From NCBI GenBank assembly GCA_048571215.1, contig CP182352.1, positions 3,488,001-3,552,000 on the forward strand: a stretch of DNA of 64,000 nucleotides, read 5' to 3'. This document shows, in pieces, positions 1 through 10,948 of the stretch. The notes beneath the pieces are model-generated. The model did no database searches and was not told where the DNA came from. It saw nothing but the letters and a program-made list of their open reading frames with translations. Every line of letters begins with the position of its first letter. Within the stretch, counting starts at the first letter, position 1. Both the position numbers and the translations under genes were made by a program. Source of the DNA: Halarcobacter sp. (GTDB taxonomy: Bacteria; Campylobacterota; Campylobacteria; Campylobacterales; Arcobacteraceae).

Positions 1-2
1 TT

Positions 3-830
3 AATTTTATTAAAAGAGATATATCTGACAAAATTAGTTTTTTAGATAGAGGAAAGTATTTTGATTTAATTAGTCCTTTTGATTATGGTGGCATAGAATA
101 TTCTAATCCATTAGTTTTAGAATCTTTTTTTAAAGCTTTTTCTGTTTGGTGTGAAGAAAATCAAATTATTAGTTTATTTATTCGGTTTGCTCCAATGTAC
201 AATTTTGATTTTGATATTATAGAAAAATTTATAGAGATTAAAAAGATTAATGAGTTAATATATATAGATCTTTCTCACGATTTCTGGAAAGATTATTCAA
301 GAGGAAGAAAATCAAATATTAATCGTATTAAAAAAATGGATTATAAGGTACAACTTGTTGATATTGAGGACTTTTATCCTTTATATATTGAATCAATGAA
401 ACGTAACAAAGCACACGCTTACTATTTCTTTGATAAAGAGGTATTATATTCATTAGTTAAAGAAAATATTGCTAGATTATATGGAATATATATAGAAGAT
501 AAATTGGTTTCGACAATTATGATTTTTGATGATATAGATAAATCATACTATTTCCTTGGAGGGGCAATAACTAATAAGTTAGTATTAGATGCAAATGCAA
601 TGTTATTTCATGAAGTGGCATTGATATTAAAAGAGGAAGGTAAGACTATGTTCTTTTTAGGAGGAGGGCGTGATGGAGTATATAACTTTAAACAACGTTT
701 TTCAAAAAAGACAGTACCTTATTATATAGGATATAAGGTTTATAATACTAAAATATACAATGAGTTAATTAATCTAACTCAAAGATTTGGAAATCAGTTT
801 TTCCCACAATATAGAGAAAAAATTATTTAG
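3..830 (+). CDS. GNAT/FemAB-like acyl- or aminoacyl-transferase, 5' truncated by the window edge
   Basis: The frame is open from base 3 (NFIKRDIS...YFDLISPFDYGG...LFIRFAPM), so the true start is upstream. YYFLGG and LGGG...YNFKQRF motifs are typical of FemAB-like GNATs in glycan loci. Confidence 0.7.
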   Translation, partial: NFIKRDISDKISFLDRGKYFDLISPFDYGGIEYSNPLVLESFFKAFSVWCEENQIISLFIRFAPMYNFDFDIIEKFIEIKKINELIYIDLSHDFWKDYSRGRKSNINRIKKMDYKVQLVDIEDFYPLYIESMKRNKAHAYYFFDKEVLYSLVKENIARLYGIYIEDKLVSTIMIFDDIDKSYYFLGGAITNKLVLDANAMLFHEVALILKEEGKTMFFLGGGRDGVYNFKQRFSKKTVPYYIGYKVYNTKIYNELINLTQRFGNQFFPQYREKII

Positions 831-837
831 GATTGTT

Positions 838-2535
838 ATGCTAGTTATCGGAATACATAATACGGGATATTTTTCATCATGTTCAATTTTTAAAGATAAT
901 AGTCTAGTTTTTGCATCTGCAGAAGAACGCTTAAGTAGAATAAAGTTTGATAATCAATTTCCTTTTAATGCAATAGATAAAGGGTTGAAAAAAATAGGTG
1001 CTACTTATGATGATGTTGACGAATATATTATAGCATGGAATCCGTATATAAATGCATCATCACGATATAGAGCAGGTTTTTCTAGATGGACTGCTCACCC
1101 TATGCAAAGATTATACTCTAATATAAATGCAATTTTACCAAGAATTGAAGATAAAGAAATTGATGTTTCCTCTCAAATTATAAAATATAAAAATAAAGAG
1201 GTAAAATTTACTTTTGTAAATCATCATTTTGCACATATTGGAATGGTATATAATACTTCAGGTTTTGATAACAGTGCAATATTTATAGCTGATGGATATG
1301 GGGAAGAAACTTCAACATTACTTGCAGTTAATGAAAATGATAAATTAAGAATATTAAAAGAGCACAAATTCCCTCATTCTTTGGGAATGTTTTATGCTGC
1401 AATGACTGAGTTTATTGAATTTAATCCTGAGCAAGATGAATGGAAAGTAATGGGAGCTTCAGCATATGGAGATGAAAACAAATATTATAATCAAATAAAT
1501 AAATTAATTCATGTATCAGAAGGTGATTTAGAACTTGATTTAAATTATTTCAATTTTTATAATTTTGATACTCAAGGTTATTTTTCAAATAAAATGATAG
1601 AGTTATTAGGTGAGCCTTGTAATTATGAAGAAAATGAACAAAAGGTTTATGATATTGCAGCAGCAACACAAAAAGTTTTTGAAGAAAAAGCATTAGAATT
1701 ATTAACTTGGCTTAATACACAATATCCATCTATAACAAATCTTTGTTATGGAGGTGGAACTGCTATGAATGGTCTTTTAAATGGAAAGATAAAAAAGTTA
1801 ACACCTTATGAAAACTTACATATCTCTTTTGCTCCTGATGATATTGGAAATAGTATAGGTTCAGTTTTATATCATCATAATATTAAATTGCCAAATTTAC
1901 AATCATATCTTGGTCTAGAATATAATAATGATGAGATTGAAACAATTTTAAGTAAGTTTAAAATAAAAGCGAACTATTTTGAAGATGAAGAACTTTTTGA
2001 TGTAGTTTCAAATGCTTTAATAGATGAATCTATAGTCGCATGGTTCCAAGGTAAAATGGAGTTTGGTCAAAGAGCATTAGGAAATAGAAGCATTTTGGCA
2101 AATCCAGAAAAAGCTTCAATGAAAGATAAGTTAAATAGTGCAATAAAATATCGTGAACCCTTTCGTCCTTTTGCCCCTTCAATTTTAGAAGAAAAAGCAG
2201 ATGAGTATTTTGAAGATTATATAGAATCACCATATATGGAAAAAATATTAACTGTAAAAGAAGTATATAGAGATAAAGTAGCCGCAATAGTTCATGGAGA
2301 TTTTACAGGAAGACTTCAAACGGTTTCAAAAAACACAAATAATAAATATTATAGCTTGATTAAAGCTTTTTATGAAAAAACAGGAATCCCTTTATTGGTT
2401 AATACATCATTCAATGTTGCAGGAGAACCAGTTGTATGTAGCCCTGAAGATGCTGTAAAAACTTTTTTTACTAGTGGATTAGATATTTTGGTTTTAGGTA
2501 ATTATGTAATAAGAAAGGATAATAGTGATACTTGA
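838..2535 (+). CDS. Carbamoyltransferase, NodU/CmcH/TobZ family
   Basis: Motifs EERLSRIK, HHFAH, ADGYGE, SLGMFY, EWKVMGASAYG, GGTAMN, EFGQRALGNRS, REPFRPFAP and NTSFN. ATG at 838 follows AGGA and is preferred over the 787 call. Confidence 0.93.
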   Translation: MLVIGIHNTGYFSSCSIFKDNSLVFASAEERLSRIKFDNQFPFNAIDKGLKKIGATYDDVDEYIIAWNPYINASSRYRAGFSRWTAHPMQRLYSNINAILPRIEDKEIDVSSQIIKYKNKEVKFTFVNHHFAHIGMVYNTSGFDNSAIFIADGYGEETSTLLAVNENDKLRILKEHKFPHSLGMFYAAMTEFIEFNPEQDEWKVMGASAYGDENKYYNQINKLIHVSEGDLELDLNYFNFYNFDTQGYFSNKMIELLGEPCNYEENEQKVYDIAAATQKVFEEKALELLTWLNTQYPSITNLCYGGGTAMNGLLNGKIKKLTPYENLHISFAPDDIGNSIGSVLYHHNIKLPNLQSYLGLEYNNDEIETILSKFKIKANYFEDEELFDVVSNALIDESIVAWFQGKMEFGQRALGNRSILANPEKASMKDKLNSAIKYREPFRPFAPSILEEKADEYFEDYIESPYMEKILTVKEVYRDKVAAIVHGDFTGRLQTVSKNTNNKYYSLIKAFYEKTGIPLLVNTSFNVAGEPVVCSPEDAVKTFFTSGLDILVLGNYVIRKDNSDT

Positions 2536-3577
2536 TGCTTCATCAAAATTAATTTTTCATTATGAAAAAATTAATGAATTGTTTAAAATGGGAAAGACTT
2601 ATCCTATTCACATTACAATTGGATTGACAAACTATTGTAACCATAAATGTACTTGGTGTTATATAGATTATGCTAAAGATATAAAACATCAAATTAATGC
2701 TGATAGAAAAAAATTTATGGAAGCACTCTCATCTGCAAAAAAATTTGGTGCAAAAGCAATTACAATTGTGGGGGATGGTGAACCAACATTACATCCAGAG
2801 TTTTCTGAGTTTTTAGAGGATATTAATAATTTAGGTTATGATATAGGGTTATTTACAAATGGTGCGTGGAAAAAGGATAGTATAACAGATTCTATTGCTA
2901 AGTATTGTAGATTTGTAAGATTTAGTGTTGATGCAGGTAGTTCAGAGAAACATAAAGAGACACATTTAACAAATGATTTTAATTTAGTTTTAGCAAATAT
3001 AGAAAAGGTAGTTCAAAAAAAAGAAAAAAATTTAACTGTAGGAGTGCAGTTTGCTTTTAATCAAGATAATTTAGAGGATATAGAAAAGGCAGCAGATCTT
3101 TATAAGAGTTTAAATGTTGATTATCTAGCATATAAGCCTGTTTATAAAAATGAATTAAATGATGAACATAAAGAAAATACAGTAGAATCAGAAACAACTT
3201 ATGAGATGTTAAAAAAGGCAAAATTAAAAGAGACTGAGAATTTTAAAGTGTATTGGAAAGATTGGCAGCTTAATGCATTGGTATATGAAAAAGATTCTTC
3301 TCGAGGATATGATACTTGTCGTGCAATTTGGTTGTCTCCCTATTTTGATGAAAATGGAAACGTAGAGTTTTGTGGAAATTTAAAAGGAAGAGGGTTTACT
3401 ATAGGGAATATTTATGAAAATAAATTTGAAGAGATATGGATGAGTGAAGAACATTTAAAAAAAGTTGATAGTATTGATTTGAAATCTTGTCCTCAAGGGT
3501 GTAAATTACATGGAATAAATTTAAAATTAGAATCTATTGTAAATCCAAATCCTAATGAACATACGAATTTTATATAG
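2525..3577 (+). CDS. Radical SAM enzyme with Twitch/SPASM-type C-terminal domain (rSAM1)
   Basis: CNHKCTWC, GDGEPTLHP, FTNG; C-terminal C...GNVEFC...GNI...CPQGC. Confidence 0.9.
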   Translation: MILDASSKLIFHYEKINELFKMGKTYPIHITIGLTNYCNHKCTWCYIDYAKDIKHQINADRKKFMEALSSAKKFGAKAITIVGDGEPTLHPEFSEFLEDINNLGYDIGLFTNGAWKKDSITDSIAKYCRFVRFSVDAGSSEKHKETHLTNDFNLVLANIEKVVQKKEKNLTVGVQFAFNQDNLEDIEKAADLYKSLNVDYLAYKPVYKNELNDEHKENTVESETTYEMLKKAKLKETENFKVYWKDWQLNALVYEKDSSRGYDTCRAIWLSPYFDENGNVEFCGNLKGRGFTIGNIYENKFEEIWMSEEHLKKVDSIDLKSCPQGCKLHGINLKLESIVNPNPNEHTNFI

Positions 3578-3585
3578 GTATAGAT

Positions 3586-4650
3586 GTGAAAGATAAGTTT
3601 AATTTGGATTCCCATAAATTTCATTATCATATTGATGCAATAAATGATTTTGTCCAGGGGAAAGAAGCAAAACCGATTTATGTAGAGATATCACCTACTG
3701 CATATTGTAATCATGAGTGTACTTTTTGCCATTACAATTATTTAGGGCATAAAGGTAGATTTGAAGATAATAATAGATTGTATACATTGATTGATGAAGT
3801 GAAATCTATAGGTGCGAAAAGTGTAGTATTTGCTGGAATAGGAGAACCTACATTGAATAAAGAGACTATTCCTGCTATCTTACATGCAAAAGATTTAGGA
3901 TTAGATGTTGCTATGAGTACAAATGGTGCATTATTGAAAGAAGATGATATAAAAAAACTAGTTGAGACTTTGACTTGGATTCGTTTCTCTTTTAATGCAA
4001 CAAATAAAGAATCATATGCAAAAATACATAAAACAAAAGAGAGTGATTTTGATTTAGTTTTAAGTAATATTGAAAAAATGTCAAATTGGAAAAGAAAGCT
4101 AAATAAAAATATTACTATAGGGGTTCAGCTTATCTTAATTCCTGAAAACTGTGAAGAGATTGAGAGTTTAGTAAAACGCTTAAAGTCAATTGGTGTTGAT
4201 TATTTTGTAGTGAAACACTTTTATTCTCATGAAAAGAATGAGTTTAAGTTAGAAAAAACATTCCCTGATAAAAAGGTAATGAATAATTTATTTGAGTTAA
4301 GTGTAAAATATAATTCGGATAAATTCAATATGATTGTTAGAAGCCCAGAAATATTGTTAGAAGATAGAAAATATAATAAATGTTATGGATTACCATATAT
4401 TTTATATATTCGTGAGGATGGAAATCTTTTTTCATGTTTTGCATATCAACATGATGAAAAGTTTGTATTGGGGAATATATTTGAAAATAGTTTACAAGAT
4501 ATTTGGGAATCTAAAAAGAAAAAAGATGCTATAGATTATATAAATAATTGTATTGATAAAAATAATTGTCAACCTAGTTGTCGTCATCATCAAATTAATA
4601 ATTACTTATGGGATTTAAAACATCCTAATGATCATATAAATTTTATTTAG
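3586..4650 (+). CDS. Radical SAM enzyme with Twitch/SPASM-type domain (rSAM2), related to rSAM1
   Basis: CNHECTFC, GIGEPTL, STNG; CYG...GNLFSC...LGNI...CQPSC; same terminal P-x-x-H-x-NFI as rSAM1. Confidence 0.9.
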   Translation: MKDKFNLDSHKFHYHIDAINDFVQGKEAKPIYVEISPTAYCNHECTFCHYNYLGHKGRFEDNNRLYTLIDEVKSIGAKSVVFAGIGEPTLNKETIPAILHAKDLGLDVAMSTNGALLKEDDIKKLVETLTWIRFSFNATNKESYAKIHKTKESDFDLVLSNIEKMSNWKRKLNKNITIGVQLILIPENCEEIESLVKRLKSIGVDYFVVKHFYSHEKNEFKLEKTFPDKKVMNNLFELSVKYNSDKFNMIVRSPEILLEDRKYNKCYGLPYILYIREDGNLFSCFAYQHDEKFVLGNIFENSLQDIWESKKKKDAIDYINNCIDKNNCQPSCRHHQINNYLWDLKHPNDHINFI

Positions 4651-4657
4651 GTTAATT

Positions 4658-5758
4658 ATGAATATAAAATATATTAATTTATCAGTTAGTGAAGATGAAT
4701 ATAATAAAAATATCTCTCCTTTAATTAAAGAGGTACTTTTTAAGGGAGATTTTATTGGTGGTGAAGTTGTAGAACTCTTTGAAAAGAATTTTGCAAAATA
4801 TTGTGGAAGTAAATATGCTATCTCAGTAGCTTCTGGAACAGATGCTTTAATCTTGGCATTAATTGCTTATGGTATAGGAAAAAATGATGAAGTTATCACT
4901 GTATCAAATTCATTTATTGCTACAGCAAATGCAATAGTAATGGCAGGTGCAAAACCAGTTTTTGTTGATATAGAAGATGATTTATTAATTGACTATCAAA
5001 AAATTGAAGAATCAATCACTTCGAAAACAAGAGCAATTATGCCTGTTCATTTGATGGGCTTGTCATGTGACATGGATGAGATAAATAAAATTGCAAAAAA
5101 ATATAATTTAGTTGTAATTGAAGATGCTGCTCAAAGTGTTGGGAGTATTTATAAAGAAAAGAAGACTGGTGTTTTAGGTGATGTTGGTTGCTTTTCTTTA
5201 CATCCTTTAAAAAATTTAAGTGGTATTGGAGATGGTGGAATAATAACTACCAATCAAAAGAGTATTGCAAAAAAGCTTTTACAATTAAGAAATAATGGAT
5301 TAAAAGATAGAGACTCTCAAGTTGTATTTGGAAGAGTTTCAAGATTGGATACTATAAAAGCATCTGTATTAAATTATAGATTACAATATTTAGATGCAAT
5401 TATTAGTGAAAGAATAAAAAAGGCTAAAAAGTATATAGAAAATTTAAAAAAAGTGAAACACTTAGAGCTTATTGAATATGAACAAGAAATTAAATTACAT
5501 AGTTATCATATCTTTGTTGTAAAAGTAAAAAAAAGAGATGAATTACAACAGTTTTTATTGGATAATGGGATTGAGACTAAAATACATTATCCTAAATTAA
5601 TACATAAAAATAAAACATATAAATCTAATAAGTATCATTTACCTAAAAGTGAAAAACTAGTAAAAAAGATTTTAACTTTACCTTTAGCAAATGTTTCTAA
5701 TGAAGAAATAGAATATATATGTAAGAAAATTAATCAATTTTATATGAAGGAAAATTAA
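4658..5758 (+). CDS. DegT/DnrJ/EryC1/StrS nucleotide-sugar aminotransferase
   Basis: SGTDAL, PVHLMG, IEDAAQS, FSLHPLKNL (PLP lysine), GDGG, IHYP. Confidence 0.95.
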   Translation: MNIKYINLSVSEDEYNKNISPLIKEVLFKGDFIGGEVVELFEKNFAKYCGSKYAISVASGTDALILALIAYGIGKNDEVITVSNSFIATANAIVMAGAKPVFVDIEDDLLIDYQKIEESITSKTRAIMPVHLMGLSCDMDEINKIAKKYNLVVIEDAAQSVGSIYKEKKTGVLGDVGCFSLHPLKNLSGIGDGGIITTNQKSIAKKLLQLRNNGLKDRDSQVVFGRVSRLDTIKASVLNYRLQYLDAIISERIKKAKKYIENLKKVKHLELIEYEQEIKLHSYHIFVVKVKKRDELQQFLLDNGIETKIHYPKLIHKNKTYKSNKYHLPKSEKLVKKILTLPLANVSNEEIEYICKKINQFYMKEN

Positions 5759-5759
5759 T

Positions 5760-6635
5760 ATGAAAATATTAATAATAAAACTAGGCTTTTCAGAAACTTT
5801 AGATGAAGAGATTAGTAGATTTAGTTCTTTAGGAGATGTTTTAAGAACAACACCAATTTTGCCAACATTGAAAGAGCAATATCCTGATTCAAAAATCACA
5901 TGGCTTGTTGATGAAGCACCATATGCACTTTTAAAAGATAATGAATATATTGATAGAATATTAATATGGGATAGTTTTGTAGGTTTTCAATTATTAGAAG
6001 AGCGTTTTGATATAGTTATAAATCTTGAAAAAATAGCAGGACTTTGTGCTATTACAAATCGTATTAATGCTTGGAAAAAATATGGCTTTAGATTTGATGA
6101 ACTAAATGGTTCATATAATGTATATGAGGGAAGTGAGTATGCTTTAGATTTGTGTACAAAACATGAGATAAAGAAAAATAACAATAAAATTTGGCAAGAG
6201 GTTTTAATAGAGATGGTTGGTGGAACTTGGCAACATCAACCATATGTATTAGGTTATAAGCCTAAAACTAAAGAGATAAATGATATTGGGTTTAATTATA
6301 AAGTAGGTGCAAAATTTCCAGAAAAAGCATGGGCTGATGAGAATTGGGAAGAGTTAGAAGATAAACTAAAAAATGACAATTTAACAGTTTCATGGCAAGA
6401 AGGTTTAGCAAACTTATATGAATATATTGATTGGATAAATACAAATAAAATTATTGTTACAAATGATAGTTTAGGTCTTCATATCGCCTTAGCATTAGGG
6501 AAGCAAGTTGTTGCTATGTTTGGTCCAACAAGTTCAAAAGAGGTCTTTTTTTATAACTCTCAAGTAATAGATAAAGATAGAATGTCTAAAATTAGTGTTG
6601 AAGAAGTTTATGAAAAAATCAAATCCTTTAGTTAG
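5760..6635 (+). CDS. Glycosyltransferase family 9 (heptosyltransferase-like)
   Basis: SLGDVLRTT...ITWL, KAW, TNDSLGLHIALALG...FGPT. Confidence 0.88.
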   Translation: MKILIIKLGFSETLDEEISRFSSLGDVLRTTPILPTLKEQYPDSKITWLVDEAPYALLKDNEYIDRILIWDSFVGFQLLEERFDIVINLEKIAGLCAITNRINAWKKYGFRFDELNGSYNVYEGSEYALDLCTKHEIKKNNNKIWQEVLIEMVGGTWQHQPYVLGYKPKTKEINDIGFNYKVGAKFPEKAWADENWEELEDKLKNDNLTVSWQEGLANLYEYIDWINTNKIIVTNDSLGLHIALALGKQVVAMFGPTSSKEVFFYNSQVIDKDRMSKISVEEVYEKIKSFS

Positions 6636-7773
6636 TGTAATTATTACAACTTATAATAGATATAGTTTATTAAAGTTTGCATTAAAAGAATTAGCAAAAC
6701 AAACTTATAAAAATCTTGAAATAATAGTTAGTGATGATTGTTCTTCTGATAATACAAAAGAAATAAAAAATGACTTTCCTTTTATAAAATATATAAAAAA
6801 CACTAAACAAAGTGGTTATTTATTAAATGCAAAATATGCACTGTCATATGTAACTGGTGATTATGTAATATTTGCTACAGATGATGATCTTTTTGGAAAT
6901 AAATTTTTTATTGAAAAATCAATAGATATGTTTAAAAGTGATAGAAATATTGATATGATTTTTTCTAGAGTGGAGATTATTTATGGAAAGACAAAAATAC
7001 TTAATAAGTTTCCATTTAAAAACTGTTATACACGTGAGGGATTTTTTGATAATTTTGAGGAACTAAATTTAAACTTTGATGATTATTATGTATTAAGCTC
7101 TATAGTATTTAAAAAAGAAAAACTTGATTTGATAAATCCATTTAATTCAATTTTTGAGAATTCTGCAACAATTGATAGTAGTATTATTTTTAGATATGTA
7201 AGTATTTGTGAGAAAATTGCATTTTTAGATTTAGTAGGATATCGTTGGAATAGACCAATAGAAAATAGTTTAAGTAATTCAAATAGAAATGACTTAGTAA
7301 AACAAGCGAAGTTTAATTTAGTTTTTCCCTTTGATGTTGATTCTTTTGTGGATAAATTAGATAATATTGATTTAGGTTTAAAGAAAAAAATAAAGTCAAT
7401 AATGAGTAAAAGAGTTGAATACGTGTTTCAAGCAGTTTTATCAGAAAAAGAGCGTTTAAATAACCAAACTAATTTTAAAAACTTAGTTAATAAACTAGAT
7501 TTAAATAATACCATTTATATTTATGGTAGAGGGTGGACAGGTTTAGAACTTAAAAACTTTTTTTATGAAAATAAGATTACAGATTTTATATTTGTTGATG
7601 ATTATAAAGTAGGCTTTGATGATACAATGGGTTTTGATGAGTTTAAATCAATAGGATCTTATAAACAAACAGTTATTACAAGTTATAAATATAAAGATAT
7701 TTATAATATATATCGTAAATTAAATAAGTTAAATAATATAGAGATATATGATTTATTAGGTACAGATGAATAA
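6610..7773 (+). CDS. Glycosyltransferase family 2 with C-terminal Rossmann-like tail
   Basis: VSVIITTYNR, SDDCSSD, DDD; tail IYIYGRGWTG...FVDD. Start ATG 6610 (alternative TTG 6595). Confidence 0.85.
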   Translation: MKKSNPLVSVIITTYNRYSLLKFALKELAKQTYKNLEIIVSDDCSSDNTKEIKNDFPFIKYIKNTKQSGYLLNAKYALSYVTGDYVIFATDDDLFGNKFFIEKSIDMFKSDRNIDMIFSRVEIIYGKTKILNKFPFKNCYTREGFFDNFEELNLNFDDYYVLSSIVFKKEKLDLINPFNSIFENSATIDSSIIFRYVSICEKIAFLDLVGYRWNRPIENSLSNSNRNDLVKQAKFNLVFPFDVDSFVDKLDNIDLGLKKKIKSIMSKRVEYVFQAVLSEKERLNNQTNFKNLVNKLDLNNTIYIYGRGWTGLELKNFFYENKITDFIFVDDYKVGFDDTMGFDEFKSIGSYKQTVITSYKYKDIYNIYRKLNKLNNIEIYDLLGTDE

Positions 7774-7784
7774 GGGTATGAAAT

Positions 7785-9065
7785 ATGAGTAAAATATTAA
7801 AATGGGCACAAGAACTTTATACTGCCGAACATCAAAAGAAGATAAAGTATCCAGTCACAAAAGAAAGAACTATTACAAAGCGAGGTGTAGTATGGCTAGG
7901 ACAAACCTGTAATATAGAGTGTTATTTTTGTTTTTACAAAGATAAAATAGAAGATAAAACACATCCAGAGCACCCTTTCATGTCACTAGAAAAAGCAAAA
8001 AAGATTTTTCATACCTTAAGATATACATATGGTAATACAGCAATTGATATTCAAGGTGGAGAACCAACTATTTATCCACATATCTTTGAGTTAATTGAAT
8101 ATTGTAATGAGATAGGATTAAAGCCAACACTTATAACAAATTCAATTGTTTTAGCAAATAAGGCACAAGCACAAAAGTTCAAAGATGCAGGGGTAAATGA
8201 TTTTGTAGTAAGTACCCATGCTATAGGTGATGAGTATGACAGAATTGTAGGGCACAAAGGTGGAAGTAAAAAACAGATGCAAGCATTAAAAAACTTGCAA
8301 GAGTTAGAAATACCTTTTCGTATGAATTGCACTATGACTAAAGAGGTTATCTCACAACTTCCACAAATTGCTAAAATGGCAATTGATGTGGGAGCTAAAG
8401 TTGTAAACTTTATAACATTTTTACCATTTGCAGATCAGCAAGGAAATAGGGACTTAAAAGATGTTCCAAACTATACGGCAATTTCAGAAAACATATCTGA
8501 TGCAATTGATACTTTAGAGGATGCAGGTATAGAGTGTAATGTAAGATATTTCCCTTTTTGTATGTTAAAAGAAAAGCATAGAAAAAATATTTATAATTAT
8601 CAACAGCTCTCTTATGACCATCACGAATGGGATTATAACTCTTGGACATGGACAACAAGATTTAATCAGCGTTCAAATTCTGATACACTGGATGAGCCAA
8701 TTCCAATTTTAATGTATGGGATTGATGAGTATAATGATATTGATTTTTCTATAATGTCTAAGCATGGTACAAAAGAGCATTATATGAAAAATATAGACTT
8801 AAAAGAGCATCTATTAAAACTTTTTAACGCTGATATTCCAAAAGAGTTATTATATAAACAAAATGGTAAATTAAGAGCTCAAAAACATTGTGAATACAAG
8901 TTTGCTAAGGTTTGTGAACAGTGTAGTGTAAAAGATATATGTGATGGAATGCATAATGATTATAGAGATGTATTTGGAGAAGATGAATTAAAACCAATTG
9001 TTTTAGATGAAGAAATAACTGATCCAACTTATTATATAAAACATCAAGAAAAAATTATAGATTAG
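7785..9065 (+). CDS. Radical SAM enzyme (rSAM3)
   Basis: CNIECYFC, QGGEPT, ITN, YFPFC; C-terminal CEQCSVKDICDG. Confidence 0.9.
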   Translation: MSKILKWAQELYTAEHQKKIKYPVTKERTITKRGVVWLGQTCNIECYFCFYKDKIEDKTHPEHPFMSLEKAKKIFHTLRYTYGNTAIDIQGGEPTIYPHIFELIEYCNEIGLKPTLITNSIVLANKAQAQKFKDAGVNDFVVSTHAIGDEYDRIVGHKGGSKKQMQALKNLQELEIPFRMNCTMTKEVISQLPQIAKMAIDVGAKVVNFITFLPFADQQGNRDLKDVPNYTAISENISDAIDTLEDAGIECNVRYFPFCMLKEKHRKNIYNYQQLSYDHHEWDYNSWTWTTRFNQRSNSDTLDEPIPILMYGIDEYNDIDFSIMSKHGTKEHYMKNIDLKEHLLKLFNADIPKELLYKQNGKLRAQKHCEYKFAKVCEQCSVKDICDGMHNDYRDVFGEDELKPIVLDEEITDPTYYIKHQEKIID

Positions 9066-9072
9066 GATTAAA

Positions 9073-10005
9073 ATGTCAACTTTTGTATCTATTTTAATTG
9101 ATAATTACAATTATGAAAAATATATATCAAATGCTATTGAGTCTGCTTTAAACCAAACTTATAAAAACTATGAGATTATTATTGTAGATGATGGTTCAAT
9201 AGATGATTCTAAGAAGATTATAGATTCTTATGTTCAAAAATACCCACAAATTATTAGAGCAATATATAAAGAAAATGGAGGACAAGCCTCAGCATTTAAT
9301 GTTGGAATAAAAGAGATAAAGGGGGAACTTATTTGCTTTTTAGATAGTGATGATGAGTTTGAAAGTAATAAGTTAGAAGAGATTGTAGATTTATATGAAA
9401 AGGGGTATGAATATATTTTCAATGATCATACAATGATTTTTGACAATAATGCTCCTAAAGGTTATGAACCAATTAGATACCCATATAACGGTCAAAATCT
9501 ATTTTTGCTGTATTATATCTCAAAATACGTGGGTGGTATTTGCTCAACCTTAAGTATTTCTAAAAAAATTGCAGAACAAATTTTTCCAATAGAGGATGAA
9601 AAGGGGTGGAGAATACAAGCTGATGATGTTATTGTTTATATGTCAGCAATGTTAACACAATCTTATTTCTCTACAAAAAGGTTGACTCGTTATAGAATAC
9701 ATGGTAATAACGGATACTATAACAAACCCATACCAAATAATAGAAAATTTGAAAGATTGAAACGTATTGGAACTTTGAAGAAAAAAGCAGTAGAGATATT
9801 AGATTTAGATGAGGGTTTTTTTAAAAATAGTTTTAATTTAGTTGCTGAGTTCAAAACTCATCATAATTATGATTTTGAACTTTTAAAACTTTACACAAGA
9901 GTTCTTTTCCAAGAGATGGATATCCCTTTTGTAAAAAAGCTAATTGCTTATTATGATATAATGAAATATTATTTAGAACATAAAACAAAAAAAGAGAATA
10001 AATAG
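9073..10005 (+). CDS. Glycosyltransferase family 2
   Basis: [33 protein letters not shown]. Confidence 0.92.
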   Translation: MSTFVSILIDNYNYEKYISNAIESALNQTYKNYEIIIVDDGSIDDSKKIIDSYVQKYPQIIRAIYKENGGQASAFNVGIKEIKGELICFLDSDDEFESNKLEEIVDLYEKGYEYIFNDHTMIFDNNAPKGYEPIRYPYNGQNLFLLYYISKYVGGICSTLSISKKIAEQIFPIEDEKGWRIQADDVIVYMSAMLTQSYFSTKRLTRYRIHGNNGYYNKPIPNNRKFERLKRIGTLKKKAVEILDLDEGFFKNSFNLVAEFKTHHNYDFELLKLYTRVLFQEMDIPFVKKLIAYYDIMKYYLEHKTKKENK

Positions 10006-10943
10006 TGAAAAAAAGAGTATTAGTAACAGGTGGTGCTGGATTTTTAGGTTCACATCTTTGTAGAAGATTATTAGATGAGGGTAATGATGTTGTTTGCGTA
10101 GACAATTTTTTTACAGGGGATAAATTTAATATTATTGATTTACTTTCTCATCCATACTTTGAATTGATTCGTCACGATATAACTTTTCCTTTATATATTG
10201 AGGTGGATGAGATATATAATCTTGCTTGTCCTGCAAGTCCTATTCATTATCAATTTGACCCTGTACAAACTACCAAAACATCTGTTATTGGTGCTATAAA
10301 TATGTTAGGTTTATCAAAAAGAATTAAAGCAAAAATTTTACAAGCAAGTACTTCTGAAATTTATGGTGACCCAGAAATACATCCACAGCCTGAAAATTAT
10401 AAAGGTGCAGTAAATACCATAGGTCCAAGAGCATGTTATGATGAGGGGAAAAGGTGTGCTGAAACATTATTCTTTGATTATAATAGACAACATGGGGTTG
10501 ATATTAAAGTAGCTAGAATATTTAATACATATGGCCCAAATATGCATCCAAATGATGGAAGAGTTATAAGTAATTTTATTGTTCAGGCTTTAAATGATGA
10601 AGATATTACAATATATGGCAAAGGTGATCAAACTAGAAGTTTTTGTTATGTAGATGATTTAATAACTGGGTTAATAGATTTAATGAATAGTGAAAATTTT
10701 ACAGGTCCTGTTAATCTTGGAAATCCTCAGGAATTTACTATTTTGCAGTTAGCACAAAAAGTAATTGAGTTAACAAGTAGTTCTTCAAAATTGGTATTTA
10801 AAGAATTACCTCAAGATGATCCAATGCAACGAAAACCAGATATAACACTCGCAAAAGAAAAGTTAAATTTTAGTCCAACAATTGAGCTAGAAAGTGGTTT
10901 AGTAAAAACAATTGAATATTTTAGAAAAATTTTAAAAGGTTAA
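10005..10943 (+). CDS. uxs: UDP-glucuronate decarboxylase (UDP-xylose synthase) family SDR
   Basis: [51 protein letters not shown]. Confidence 0.92.
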   Translation: MKKRVLVTGGAGFLGSHLCRRLLDEGNDVVCVDNFFTGDKFNIIDLLSHPYFELIRHDITFPLYIEVDEIYNLACPASPIHYQFDPVQTTKTSVIGAINMLGLSKRIKAKILQASTSEIYGDPEIHPQPENYKGAVNTIGPRACYDEGKRCAETLFFDYNRQHGVDIKVARIFNTYGPNMHPNDGRVISNFIVQALNDEDITIYGKGDQTRSFCYVDDLITGLIDLMNSENFTGPVNLGNPQEFTILQLAQKVIELTSSSSKLVFKELPQDDPMQRKPDITLAKEKLNFSPTIELESGLVKTIEYFRKILKG

Positions 10944-10948
10944 TAAAA

